Assembly: GCA_964623745.1 (NCBI GenBank)
Contig: CAZUVC010000009.1
Span: 10,221 to 74,220, forward strand
Source of the DNA: an uncultured Thiobacillus sp.
GTDB taxonomy: Bacteria > Pseudomonadota > Gammaproteobacteria > Burkholderiales > Thiobacillaceae
DNA length: 64,000 nt
Reading direction: 5' to 3'
The position numbers and the translations under genes were made by a program. The notes under the pieces are model-generated. The model ran no database searches and was not told where the DNA came from. It was given only the letters and a program-made list of their open reading frames with translations. Positions 21,046 to 31,214 of the stretch are shown here, piece by piece; within the stretch, counting starts at the first letter, position 1; each line of letters begins with the position of its first letter.

Positions 21046-24000
21046 AATATCTGGAAAGTATCAACCTGGTGCAGTTCTTTCTGTATGAACGAGAGCATGT
21101 CCGCATTGCCGAGATCACTGGGCTGTTCGGGGCAAATGGCAGCGGAAAGAGCTCGTTCCTCGATGCCGTCCAGATCGCCATGTTTGGCGCAAACAGCCGG
21201 CTCATGGCGCTGAACGCCCAGGCTGACGAGAACAAGACGACACGGTCGATTCGGAGCTATTGCCTCGGCCAATACGGCGGTATGCCCGATGACCGGGTGC
21301 GGCCGAACTCGAACACCTATATCACCCTCGTCTGGCGCGACTCGGAAACCAACAAGCCCGTCTCCATGGGAGTGTGCATCTATGCCTCCAAGGACCGCGA
21401 GCAACACGATGTGCTGGGCCGCTATCTCCTCCCGGACGTCGAGTTGACGCTGGGGGATCACCTTGAGACGGTCGACGGCAAGGAAAAGCCGCGGGAATGG
21501 GCCGCCTTCAAGCAGCAGTTGCTGCAGCGATCCAAAGTTTCCGGCGAGGAATGCGTGTTCCAGGAGGCCGATCGCTACATTCGCGCTTGCCTGCTCGAAT
21601 TGCGCGGATCGGGTGGTGCGCCGTCGTACGAGGCATTTATCCGCGCGTTCCGTTTCGCGCTGCGGATGCGCTTCGACAAGACCGTGGACGAGATCGTCCG
21701 CAACGACGTGCTCGAGTCCCGGCCGACGAACATCAAGAAGTTCAAGGAGGTCACCGAGTCCTTCCGGCGCCTGGCCGAGATGGTGGCCGATGTCGAGCAG
21801 AAGATCGTCGACGGCACCGCGGTCCACGACACCTTCGACAATGCTGCCAAGGCCTCCAGAAAAGCCGTCACCTGGAAGGCGCTGGGCCTGGACGCGGCGC
21901 GCGAGCACGCCAACCAGGTGCACGAGCAATGCGAGGGCCGCCAGCAGGAAGCCCAAGTGGCGTTTGATTCTGCTAACAGGGAATTCCGTAGCTTGAAGGA
22001 CGATCAGGAAACTGCAGCCAAAAAAGCGGCCCAATACCGCAAGCTTCGCGAACAGCATGGCGCTCATGCCGATTACGCCGGTCTGGAAGGCCAGATCAGA
22101 GGGCATCATGATCGGGCCGAACGCAATACCAGGGGCATGTTTGACCAGCTTTCCCAGTTCCGTGGGTTCCTGAAGAAGGCTGCGGACGCCGGTGTGCTGG
22201 ATGAGGAGGTCATGCGCTCATTGAGCGCCGAATCGCAAAAACTGGCGGCCTTGCTAGAACGCTTTGAACAGGCTGAATGGACTGAAATCGAAGCGCACCT
22301 GGGCACTGCCGTTCAGGCGGCTCAAAAAGCCATGCAGGCACTGAACGACATCGATGGCACGCTGTACCAGCAGTTGGGCTCCGCCAAAGCCGATTTCAAG
22401 CTCGCCACAGAATCACTCGAACGGGTCAAGCAGGGGAAGATGCCGCTCAGCCCCAACGTCGAAACCCTGATGCGCGAGCTGCGGGATGAAGGCTTTAACC
22501 CGGTGGCGGTGTGCGACGTCGTCCGAATCACGAAGAAGGAATGGCAGCCTGCAATCGAGGCCTACCTGGCAAACAACCTGCAGGCGCTGCTTGTACCGGA
22601 ACACGAAGAGCGGCGGGCATTCGAGGTCTATCGTGGCCTGCCGGAAAAGCGTGCCGCCTACGGCGCCAAGATCGTCATGGAGAGCCGGCAGCAGGTCGGC
22701 CGGCGCCCTGAAGACGGCACCGTCGCCGAACTGATCGAAGGCACCGACCCGGCGGCCGTGGCCTACCTGCGCGGGCTCTTCGGGGACATGGTGTGCGCCA
22801 CGACCACCGCACAGGCCATGGAGCGTGGCAAGCGCACCCTGACGCAGGACGGCATGCTGGTCGGCAAAGGCACCATCGAACGCCTGAAGCTCGTCGTGGA
22901 AGGCGACCTTCGCATCAGGCGCGACGGCGGCGGGCAGCACCTTGAAGCGGCCAAAGCGCGGCTCGCTGCCTGCACGAAGGCGGTGTCGGATCTAACGGCC
23001 CAGAAACAGAGGATCGACGCGCTGGCCACGGTGCTGCGCCGCATCCCGCAGGAAGACCAGGCCCGAGGGTACCTGAGGGGCTTCTGGGACGAAGCGGAAT
23101 CCGCCAAAGTCGATGCAACCGCACTCCAGAGCAAGCTGCAGGGTGCCGCCGACAAGGAATACGTGGAACTCGGCGAACAGGAAAAAGCGTGGTCGGAGAA
23201 GGCCAGAGAACTGAGTGAGTCCGTCACTGCCGCGAGCGGCAATCGCGGCATTGCCGAAAATGCATTGATCGAGCGCCAAAAGGACGTTGCCACAGCCTCT
23301 GCCAAGCTTACGATTGCCCGCGAGGCCGCCGAGGAAGCACGCAAGGATCCGGAGTACGACGCCGATTACGCGTCGCCCCATTGGGACGTCGTTCTGGAGA
23401 AGTACGGCGAGAATTACGAGGACATGGCGGCCTACTGCAAAACGAAAGAAGCTGATGCCCTTCGCGACGTGACACGCGAAGTCAGCAAGGGCAGCAATCT
23501 GCTGGGCGAATTCCTGTCCAAATACCGGGAGCAAGCCGGCGAGCAAGTGCTGGAAGACTGGCGCAAGGGACAGGCCTGGATAGCCGACATCCTCAAGCGT
23601 CTGCGGGACACCGAACTGCTCGACTACAAGGCGCAGATGGAGAACGCCTACAAGGTTTCGCAGGAGACGTTCAGGAACGACGTTGCCTTGGCGCTGAGCC
23701 AGAATATCGAGGCGCTGGACGTGACCATGAACCAGCTGAACCGGGTATTGAAGGAGTGCCCGGCGTTCACCAACGGCGAGCGCTATCAGTTCAAGCGGGT
23801 CATCCGCCCCCACTTCAAGCAACTGCTTGAATTCGTTAAGAACATCGCATCATTCGGCCCGCAAGAAGACTTGCTCGGCGGGGCCGGCGAGATCCCCGCC
23901 CAGTTTAAGGAGCTGCTGGAAGACAAGATTGCGCCGGGGGCCGGAAGCATCAAAAGCCCGCTGGACGACTACCGGGAGTTCTACGAATTCGACGTCGAGA

Positions 24001-24488
24001 TTATTCGGGATGACCCGCTGACGGCCAAACCCAAGGTCGTTGGCCAACTGAGCAAGCGCCTGGGGCCGGGATCCGGCGGCGAGCACCGCGCACCGCTGTA
24101 CGTGATCGCCGGCGCCGCGCTGGCATCGGCCTATCGCCTCGACCGCGGCAACCGCGATGGCATCAGGCTGATCCTGCTGGACGAAGCCTTCAACAAGATG
24201 GATCCGACAAACATCACCGCCACCATGCGCTATCTGCAGGATCTGGGACTGCAGGTGCTCATGGCCAGCCCTGGCGAGAACCTCGGCGTGCTCACTGCCT
24301 ACCTGCACCGCTACTACGACATCGCGAAAGACCCTGTGCGCAATGTGATCCTCATTAACGGCCACGATGTCACGGAAGAAACGCGGGAAATGTTCATGTC
24401 GGACGACCTGGACACATACCCCGAACTCATCGAGCAGGAGGTCAATCGCATGCGTGGGACGGGAACGACTGCCGCCCAGCCGGTGTAG
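21042..24488 (+). CDS. jetC: Wadjet JetC SMC-like ATPase
   Basis: Walker A GANGSGKS, long coiled coils, SGGE signature, Walker B LILLDEAF. Confidence 0.88.
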   Translation: MKYLESINLVQFFLYEREHVRIAEITGLFGANGSGKSSFLDAVQIAMFGANSRLMALNAQADENKTTRSIRSYCLGQYGGMPDDRVRPNSNTYITLVWRDSETNKPVSMGVCIYASKDREQHDVLGRYLLPDVELTLGDHLETVDGKEKPREWAAFKQQLLQRSKVSGEECVFQEADRYIRACLLELRGSGGAPSYEAFIRAFRFALRMRFDKTVDEIVRNDVLESRPTNIKKFKEVTESFRRLAEMVADVEQKIVDGTAVHDTFDNAAKASRKAVTWKALGLDAAREHANQVHEQCEGRQQEAQVAFDSANREFRSLKDDQETAAKKAAQYRKLREQHGAHADYAGLEGQIRGHHDRAERNTRGMFDQLSQFRGFLKKAADAGVLDEEVMRSLSAESQKLAALLERFEQAEWTEIEAHLGTAVQAAQKAMQALNDIDGTLYQQLGSAKADFKLATESLERVKQGKMPLSPNVETLMRELRDEGFNPVAVCDVVRITKKEWQPAIEAYLANNLQALLVPEHEERRAFEVYRGLPEKRAAYGAKIVMESRQQVGRRPEDGTVAELIEGTDPAAVAYLRGLFGDMVCATTTAQAMERGKRTLTQDGMLVGKGTIERLKLVVEGDLRIRRDGGGQHLEAAKARLAACTKAVSDLTAQKQRIDALATVLRRIPQEDQARGYLRGFWDEAESAKVDATALQSKLQGAADKEYVELGEQEKAWSEKARELSESVTAASGNRGIAENALIERQKDVATASAKLTIAREAAEEARKDPEYDADYASPHWDVVLEKYGENYEDMAAYCKTKEADALRDVTREVSKGSNLLGEFLSKYREQAGEQVLEDWRKGQAWIADILKRLRDTELLDYKAQMENAYKVSQETFRNDVALALSQNIEALDVTMNQLNRVLKECPAFTNGERYQFKRVIRPHFKQLLEFVKNIASFGPQEDLLGGAGEIPAQFKELLEDKIAPGAGSIKSPLDDYREFYEFDVEIIRDDPLTAKPKVVGQLSKRLGPGSGGEHRAPLYVIAGAALASAYRLDRGNRDGIRLILLDEAFNKMDPTNITATMRYLQDLGLQVLMASPGENLGVLTAYLHRYYDIAKDPVRNVILINGHDVTEETREMFMSDDLDTYPELIEQEVNRMRGTGTTAAQPV

Positions 24489-24495
24489 TCGTCAC

Positions 24496-25692
24496 ATGGA
24501 CACGAAGGCCCGCAACGCCCTTACGAAGCTGCTGGAAGCCGGAAATCGGGCGACAGCGGGTGTCCGCTCGACGCGGCCGGCGCTGACCCGGTCGCAACTG
24601 GCCGACTACCAGGCCACGCGCTCGCTGGCCGACAAGGAGGCATTCGAGGCGGCGATGAAGGCGGCTAGAGCCGAAGGCGCCGTGGCTCTCACTTGGGAAA
24701 AAGGCTTTGGCGAGGAAGGATTCATCCAGCGCGTCGAATTGCTCGACCTCGATGCGCTGGCGAAACTGCTTGGCGTGGAGACCGCCGCGATCCGCCTTGA
24801 AAAGGCGGCCGCGCAATTCGCCCCTCTGCTGCCGGATTTTCCGGTTCTGAACGACGTGTTGGCTCGCTGGGCCAGCCTGAAGAAGGTCCGTACCTTTGGC
24901 CCGGAGGACTCCCAGGACTGGATCGATGCTGCCCGCATCATCCGTTTCATGACCGCCGCCCGTGAAAACAGAACGGTTGACGAGCCGATCCGCGAAGTCA
25001 GCGCGCGATTGTTCAAGGACAGCAAGCGCATCGAAAAGCTAGCAGCGCCTGTCGATATCCTGCTGACGGGTGATGTGGATGCCGAGATCCGCGAGTCTGC
25101 CGATGTATGGCAGGAAATCGGGGTATTCCGTGAAGAGCAGCCGGTCCGAATGGCCGGGAAAATCGTGGTGGCGCGCACACGAGTAACGGAGTGCTTGGAT
25201 GCGCCATACAGCGCATTTTCCGCATCATCTGTAACCGGGCTGGCCGGCATCCCGAAAATGGTGATGACCATAGAAAACCAGACCACTTTCCATAGCGAGG
25301 CAAAACGCCGCCATGATGAGGAGGTCTTGCTCATTTATACCGCCGGGATGCCCACCCCAGCATGGCGAGCCATGTATGTTCGGCTGCTTGGCTGCTTGCC
25401 GCCAGGTGTGCCCGTCTATCACTGGGGCGATATTGACGAAGGAGGGTTCAGGATTGCCTCCATATTGGCTCAGGATGCCAGATCAGCTGGGCATACCATT
25501 CAACCGTGGATGATGCATCCAGACGACGTTCCAGAGGACCGACGCGTTAAAGCCAGACCGCACACACTAGAACGAATCCGGCGTTTTGCGAGTGCCGCAG
25601 GCTGGGGAACGCTGGGTGAGGAAATTGCAAAAGCAGGCTTTACTGCCGAACAGGAAGGACTACCCATCGTTGGGCTAGAGCAGCCCCAGTAG
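24496..25692 (+). CDS. jetD: Wadjet JetD Toprim nuclease (DUF2220-like)
   Basis: IENQTTF and HWGDIDEGG Toprim motifs, EQE C-terminal motif; start MDTKAR. Confidence 0.85.
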   Translation: MDTKARNALTKLLEAGNRATAGVRSTRPALTRSQLADYQATRSLADKEAFEAAMKAARAEGAVALTWEKGFGEEGFIQRVELLDLDALAKLLGVETAAIRLEKAAAQFAPLLPDFPVLNDVLARWASLKKVRTFGPEDSQDWIDAARIIRFMTAARENRTVDEPIREVSARLFKDSKRIEKLAAPVDILLTGDVDAEIRESADVWQEIGVFREEQPVRMAGKIVVARTRVTECLDAPYSAFSASSVTGLAGIPKMVMTIENQTTFHSEAKRRHDEEVLLIYTAGMPTPAWRAMYVRLLGCLPPGVPVYHWGDIDEGGFRIASILAQDARSAGHTIQPWMMHPDDVPEDRRVKARPHTLERIRRFASAAGWGTLGEEIAKAGFTAEQEGLPIVGLEQPQ

Positions 25693-25730
25693 CTGGGCCA
25701 CAAAAACGCGTATCACAAAACACAAAACAC

Positions 25731-25798
25731 TTCAGCAATCAATCAAAAATACTTTGTTTGAATTAACTGCTGCATAGCCAAGGCCGAGTCCATAGCAT
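25731..25798 (+). promoter_or_regulatory. Putative relaxase-operon promoter: TTCAGCAATCAATCAAAAA plus -10-like TAGCAT
   Basis: Mirror copy of the 4271-4338 element with the same spacing. Confidence 0.6.
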
Positions 25799-25817
25799 CA
25801 CGGGCATTTCACTACTC

Positions 25818-26267
25818 GTGCAAAGAGTGCCCGTGTCTTCCATAGAAGAACCCAACAATCAGGATCATCCTGTCACGCTCTTCGCACACATTGCGGCACG
25901 ATTCGAACAAATCGAACTGTCCCACTGGACGGTCGTTGTGTTTGCATGGCTTGCCCGTTATGACGGGATCGATCGATGCTATTTTGAAGACGAAGAGGAG
26001 TCTCCAGCCCATGAGGTGCTTCATTGCATCTCCGAACTGGAGCATGGGACTACAGACGACGAAGTAGCCCACGCGCTATCTCATCTTGAGTTCCTTACTT
26101 GGCGTGTCCGCCACCCCGAAACCGCGGAGCGCTGGGATCCGCTCTCACTTTCCCTCAGTGATTTCATCGGCGGGGACTTATCGCCCAATTGCTGGAAATG
26201 GGAAGGGACTTTCCCGTCTTCATCCGTAATTGCCTCATGGCTCATCGAACAGCTCCCACACCGCTGA
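25818..26267 (+). CDS. Hypothetical protein (positional analogue of GGI yaf)
   Basis: 149-aa ORF whose stop overlaps the relaxase ATG (TGATG). Confidence 0.65.
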   Translation: MQRVPVSSIEEPNNQDHPVTLFAHIAARFEQIELSHWTVVVFAWLARYDGIDRCYFEDEEESPAHEVLHCISELEHGTTDDEVAHALSHLEFLTWRVRHPETAERWDPLSLSLSDFIGGDLSPNCWKWEGTFPSSSVIASWLIEQLPHR

Positions 26268-28339
26268 TGTCCGGTGATTGGCTGCTCATTACCGCTGGAG
26301 CCTTGGGAGTAGGCGGCGTATGGGTCGTTTGGCGTATTGCCCGCCACACCGACCACGCGGTGTCCGACCATTCAACGCCATCCGGTAGCGATTCAAGGGC
26401 AGCCAACCATATTAAGGTTCTACCTGGCAAAGCCGTCCTGGATCAACTCAACCTTCAAGCCCTGGTCGACGGATGTCGTGACCGCATGGGCTTCGACTAC
26501 ACCCTGTTCCACCAAGACTGCATGCCCGTCATCGAGCGGGCTGCGGAATGGACTCAACTGCTACCAGCCTCGGAATCGCACCATCACGCGCAGCCCGGTG
26601 GCCTCATGACCCATATGATGGAGTCGGCAGCACACGCGCTACGCTTCCGGCAGGGCTATCTGCTTCCGGTCGGAGCAGCCCCCGAGGAAATCCCGGCTCG
26701 CAAGCACCGCTGGACTTACGCGGTGTTCCTTGCCGCGCTACTGCATGACATTGGAAGGCCTATGGCCGATATCAACGTCCAAGTTCTCCGATCGAGAAAA
26801 CCTTGTGGCAAGTGGCAGCCTCTTGCTGGCTCGATGCTGGATCAGGGGTTGACGCATTACACGTTGAATTTCGAGATCACATGGGATTACGACCTGCACA
26901 AGAAACTGCCTATCGTGCTGTTCCAGCGGCTTGTCCCTTCCCATGTTCTCGCTTGGCTTGCCGATGACGTACAGCTCATGGGCGATTTGACGAGCTACCT
27001 TTCGGGGGATGATCAAGACAAGGGGGTGCTGCGAGAAATCGTCACACGCGCCGACTCCGAGTCAGTCAAGAACAACTTGATGCAGGGACCGCGCACCCGC
27101 TTTGCTTCCGCCCGGTCGGTGCCACTAATCGAACGCCTGATGCAAGCCTTGCGCCTGATGCTGGAAGAAGGGCGACTGGGCCTGAATAGGGCGGGCTCCC
27201 ATGGCTGGGTTTACGATGGAAAAATCTGGTTCGTGTCCAAGCGGCTGGCTGACGAGGTACGCCAGTTCCTGACTGAACGCGAAAGCGGGGAGGGCATACC
27301 TGGCAAGGATAAGAACGATCGCCTTTTCGATACCTGGCAAGAGTACGGTGCCTTGATCGCCACCAGTGAGAACCGTGCTGTGTGGCAGGTCATGGTCAGT
27401 CTCGATGAAGGGTGGGAACAAAAGTTGACCGTGCTGTGCTTCTCGCTCGACAAACTGTTCCAGTCCCCTGTGCTTTACCCGGAAACCATGAGAGGAAAGA
27501 TCATTGCCGGAAAACAGGATGCCTCATACATCCAACCGCTCGATTCGGAATCCGAGCTAACTATTGGTTCCATGAGTGATTCTGGCGTTGAGCCAGCCAC
27601 TAACCCATTAGAGGATCCGGCCAACCAGCTGTCGCTCGTCATACCGAAGCCAGATCCTACCCCCTCGCCGAACTCCGAAGAACAGCCGAAGCGAGCCAGC
27701 ACGGCTCTCCCTCCCATTCGCCCGCCGGCACAGCCCAGAGCGGCCGCTCTATCTGAACCAGGGGGCGCGGCTGAGGACGCAGGCTTTCTCGATGAAGATG
27801 ACACCGCGATCAAACATTCACCGAAACCCAAGCCCCCTGCTGCTGCAGCATTGAAGCCGGTTGCACCGGCAGGGCAGACAGCGGCCAGGCCCAAGCCTGG
27901 CTCGAAAAAGAAGGAACCCTCTGGTGCAGCCATGCGGTTCATGCGCTGGGTTCAGGAAGGCCTCTCGGAAGGCAGCATGCCGTACAACCGCGCGGACGCC
28001 ATGATTCACTTTGTTGACGAAGGAATGATGCTGGTTTCCCCAGTGATCTTTCGCAAGTTCGCCGAACTGTTCGGGGAGGAGGGCGATGGCACGCCATCGG
28101 ATCGAGCGGGAAGCAAGCTGGGGACCGGCATCCAGCGCCAGGTTACCAATGCTGGCTGGAATCTGGTTACCGGAGAGAAGAAGAGCAACATCCAGCGTTA
28201 CATGGTGATCGGCGCCGATGGCGAGGGCAAGAAACTGATCTCTGGCGTGGTCATACTGGATCCTGTTCGATTCGTGAATCCACTTCCGCCGAATAATCCC
28301 TGCATTGTCAGGTTCGACAAACCCATCGAACACGTCTGA
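26267..28339 (+). CDS. traI: MobH-family HD relaxase (TraI_2)
   Basis: LPASESHHHAQPGGL and LLHDIG motifs, N-terminal hydrophobic segment, Pro-rich linker, C-terminal domain. Confidence 0.92.
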   Translation: MSGDWLLITAGALGVGGVWVVWRIARHTDHAVSDHSTPSGSDSRAANHIKVLPGKAVLDQLNLQALVDGCRDRMGFDYTLFHQDCMPVIERAAEWTQLLPASESHHHAQPGGLMTHMMESAAHALRFRQGYLLPVGAAPEEIPARKHRWTYAVFLAALLHDIGRPMADINVQVLRSRKPCGKWQPLAGSMLDQGLTHYTLNFEITWDYDLHKKLPIVLFQRLVPSHVLAWLADDVQLMGDLTSYLSGDDQDKGVLREIVTRADSESVKNNLMQGPRTRFASARSVPLIERLMQALRLMLEEGRLGLNRAGSHGWVYDGKIWFVSKRLADEVRQFLTERESGEGIPGKDKNDRLFDTWQEYGALIATSENRAVWQVMVSLDEGWEQKLTVLCFSLDKLFQSPVLYPETMRGKIIAGKQDASYIQPLDSESELTIGSMSDSGVEPATNPLEDPANQLSLVIPKPDPTPSPNSEEQPKRASTALPPIRPPAQPRAAALSEPGGAAEDAGFLDEDDTAIKHSPKPKPPAAAALKPVAPAGQTAARPKPGSKKKEPSGAAMRFMRWVQEGLSEGSMPYNRADAMIHFVDEGMMLVSPVIFRKFAELFGEEGDGTPSDRAGSKLGTGIQRQVTNAGWNLVTGEKKSNIQRYMVIGADGEGKKLISGVVILDPVRFVNPLPPNNPCIVRFDKPIEHV

Positions 28340-28340
28340 C

Positions 28341-30401
28341 ATGAGCTATCCCATCGAAAATCTGTTCAGGCCCGCGGTCGAATACGTGCCGGCCTTTGCC
28401 TCGTTGACCGGTGCCATTCTCCTGATGAGCGCTCACGAGTGGTTTTTCCTGCCAAAGGAGCTGATCGTGACAGCCGCTGCCGGCATGGTCCTGCATGCCG
28501 GCGTGCGACTGAACCAGGGTGTTCGGGTATCCCGATTTCAGCGTAACCTTACCCGGCTGCCTAAGTACGTCATTCCTACCAGCGAAATTCCCGTCTCGAA
28601 AAACCGCCTTTTCCTCGGTCTTGGGTTCAAGTGGGATCAGCGCCATACCCAGCGCCTGGCGCTGGCGCGTGATCCCAAAAACCGTCGTTACATCACTCAA
28701 TCCGGCCTGTATACCTGGGCGCGTCGCTTCGAATTCCGCCACGAAGGGCGCGGCGGCGCCTCGGGCTGGATGGCGCGACAGACCAGGAAGGAAGCCTGGT
28801 GGAATCCGGTTACGCCATTGCCGCCTGTCGGGGGCGATCCGATCATTCACGGCCTGGAGCCGGACGAAACGGAAATCAGCATGGATCTGGTCGAGCGGCC
28901 CGGTCACATGGTCGTGCTGGGCACCACACGGGTCGGCAAATCACGCCTCGCCGAGGTGCTCATCACGCAGGACATTCGGCGAGGCGACGTGGTGATCGTA
29001 TTCGACCCCAAGGGCGATGCCGGTCTGATGACCCGCTGCTACATCGAGGCGGCCATGGCCGGGCGCGAGTTCTTCATGTTTCACTTGGGCTACCCCGACC
29101 AGTCTGCACGTTACAACCCGATTGGAAATTTTGCCCGAACCACTGAGGTCAGCACCCGTATTGCTGGGCAACTTCCGGGCGAAGGACAGTCTGCCGCGTT
29201 CAAGGAATTTGTCTGGCGCTTCGTGAACGTGATCGCGCGCGCGCGCACCACCCTCGGCTACCGTCCGGATTACCGCATGATTTATGAGGATGCGGTCAAT
29301 ATCGACGCCTTGGCGCTGGAATACTTGCGCTTCTGGCTTGACCGGGAACAGCCCGGCTGGAATGAAGCGGTTGATGCCATTGAGATGGATAAAACCCAGA
29401 TTCAGCAGGCAATGAAATCTGGACGGACGATGGATGCCATGAAAATCCTTCTGTTCGTCCGCGAGAATAATCTGCATGACCCGATAGCTGACGGCCTGGC
29501 TTCCATCCTGTCGAACGACCGCAGCTATTTCGAGAAACTGGTGTCCAGTCTCTATCCCTTGCTGGAAAAACTTACCACCGGAAAAACCGCGCAGATACTG
29601 TCTCCGCAGTACGACGATCCGACTGATCCAAGGCCGATCTTCGACTGGATGAGCGTCATCGAACGCGGCGCGGTGGTCTACGTCGGGCTCGATTCGCTCT
29701 CTGATTACGAAGTAGCTGGCGCAGTGGGCAACGCCATGTTCGCCGACCTGACCTCGATCGCCGGCCAGACCTACAAGTTCGAGCAGGGCTACGGGCTGTC
29801 CACGGCCATCCCCAAGCGGAAACTGTCCATCCATGCAGACGAGTTCAACGAGCTGATCGGCGACGAATTCATCCCGCTGCTGAACAAGGCCGGCGGTGCG
29901 GGATTCCAAGTAGCGGTCTATACACAGACTTGGGCCGACGTGGAGGCCCGCATTGGTAACAAGGCGAAGGCATCCCAGATTGGTGGCAACCTTAATACCC
30001 TGATCATGCTAAGGGTCAAGAACAAGGAAACCGCCGAAATTCTCACCGACCAGCTCCCGGATGTGCAGCTGGTCACCTCGATTCAGGCCAGTGCTGCCAC
30101 GGACAGTTCAGATGATCGTGAGGTGTTGTCTTTCACCACACGGAACGAAGATCGGATCAGCACCCAGGAAGCCCCCATGTTGTCGCCTGCTGATCTGGTG
30201 CAGTTGCCCAAGGGTCAGGCTTTTGCGCTTATCGAAGGCGGCCAGCTCTACAAAATCAGACTCCCTCTGTTCGACCCCAACGAAGCGCACCCCATTCTTG
30301 CATCGTTGGAAGACATTGCCGCGAGCATGCGGCAGAAATACGACACGCACGGCACCGAGACGGAAAATCTGGTCGTTGAAGGGAAGGGCAGTGGCTTCTA
30401 G
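28341..30401 (+). CDS. traD: Type IV coupling protein TraD
   Basis: ENLFRP N-terminus, Walker A GTTRVGKS, FDPKGD and HADEFNE motifs. Confidence 0.92.
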   Translation: MSYPIENLFRPAVEYVPAFASLTGAILLMSAHEWFFLPKELIVTAAAGMVLHAGVRLNQGVRVSRFQRNLTRLPKYVIPTSEIPVSKNRLFLGLGFKWDQRHTQRLALARDPKNRRYITQSGLYTWARRFEFRHEGRGGASGWMARQTRKEAWWNPVTPLPPVGGDPIIHGLEPDETEISMDLVERPGHMVVLGTTRVGKSRLAEVLITQDIRRGDVVIVFDPKGDAGLMTRCYIEAAMAGREFFMFHLGYPDQSARYNPIGNFARTTEVSTRIAGQLPGEGQSAAFKEFVWRFVNVIARARTTLGYRPDYRMIYEDAVNIDALALEYLRFWLDREQPGWNEAVDAIEMDKTQIQQAMKSGRTMDAMKILLFVRENNLHDPIADGLASILSNDRSYFEKLVSSLYPLLEKLTTGKTAQILSPQYDDPTDPRPIFDWMSVIERGAVVYVGLDSLSDYEVAGAVGNAMFADLTSIAGQTYKFEQGYGLSTAIPKRKLSIHADEFNELIGDEFIPLLNKAGGAGFQVAVYTQTWADVEARIGNKAKASQIGGNLNTLIMLRVKNKETAEILTDQLPDVQLVTSIQASAATDSSDDREVLSFTTRNEDRISTQEAPMLSPADLVQLPKGQAFALIEGGQLYKIRLPLFDPNEAHPILASLEDIAASMRQKYDTHGTETENLVVEGKGSGF

Positions 30402-31116
30402 GAATTCCGGTCTCTATGACAGCAATGTGGCTGTCGCTTTTCTGTGGCCATTGAAATGGCTTATTGGGACGCTCATGCTATATGTCATGCTTGGGCTCAT
30501 CGCCCTCACCGCGGCTTTCCTGTTTGCCAAATATCAATGGCTGGATCCTGTGCAAGCTGCCGACGCTTTGTTCCAGTCGGAAACCGCACGCGTCAAAGAG
30601 CTTGTACGGCCAGGAAGCCACGCCGCCGGCCTTTCCACACTTACCGAGCAGACCCAACAGTGGACTTACTGGCTTTTTTTCAAGGCGACATCACTCCATG
30701 AAGCCACCTATGCCTATTTCTCTGGATATCAGGTCAACGAGGTTGACCGGCTGTACCTCAGCCAGTTCGTTGCGCGCAATGCGCGGGAAATCTATCTGGC
30801 TATGAACGTGATTCAGGTGTACGGGATCAGAATTGGCTTCGTGATGGCTGCGATCCCTTTGTTTTTCCTGTTGTATGTCCTGGCTGGCGTAGACGGCCTG
30901 ACCGAGCGTTATATCCGCCGCGCGTGCGCAGGACGCGAATCGGCGGATCTGCATAAAATTGGGCGCCTCGCGAAGCTGATGTTTTTTGCATCCGGGGTCA
31001 CGTTGTATCTTTGCCTACCGGTCGAAATGAGTCCGTTCTGGATCATTGCGCCGCTGGCGCTGGTTTTTACCGTGGCCACACGGATTCAGTGGCAGTTTTA
31101 CAAGAAGTATTTTTAG
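30391..31116 (+). CDS. DUF4400-like ICE membrane protein
   Basis: DGL..RYIRRACAGRESA and QFYKKYF motifs; follows traD. Confidence 0.8.
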   Translation: MASRNSGLYDSNVAVAFLWPLKWLIGTLMLYVMLGLIALTAAFLFAKYQWLDPVQAADALFQSETARVKELVRPGSHAAGLSTLTEQTQQWTYWLFFKATSLHEATYAYFSGYQVNEVDRLYLSQFVARNAREIYLAMNVIQVYGIRIGFVMAAIPLFFLLYVLAGVDGLTERYIRRACAGRESADLHKIGRLAKLMFFASGVTLYLCLPVEMSPFWIIAPLALVFTVATRIQWQFYKKYF

Positions 31117-31214
31117 GTGAAAACCAGCCCCCAAACCCGCAACCTGTGCGAGATGGGTTTGGGTGGCGCCAGATGGGCGCTTACCATTTATTCCATTACA
31201 GGTATAATGCATGT

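Noticed and set aside
21042..24488. Housekeeping SMC/MukB or SbcC
   Set aside because: Sits in island cargo with a Toprim JetD-like gene and a WYL regulator, matching Wadjet
26189..26266. Longer N-termini given by the ORF track for traI (also traE, jetB, jetD, DUF4400, toxin, hscA, fdx)
   Set aside because: Downstream starts with RBS or stop-start overlap fit operon packing better
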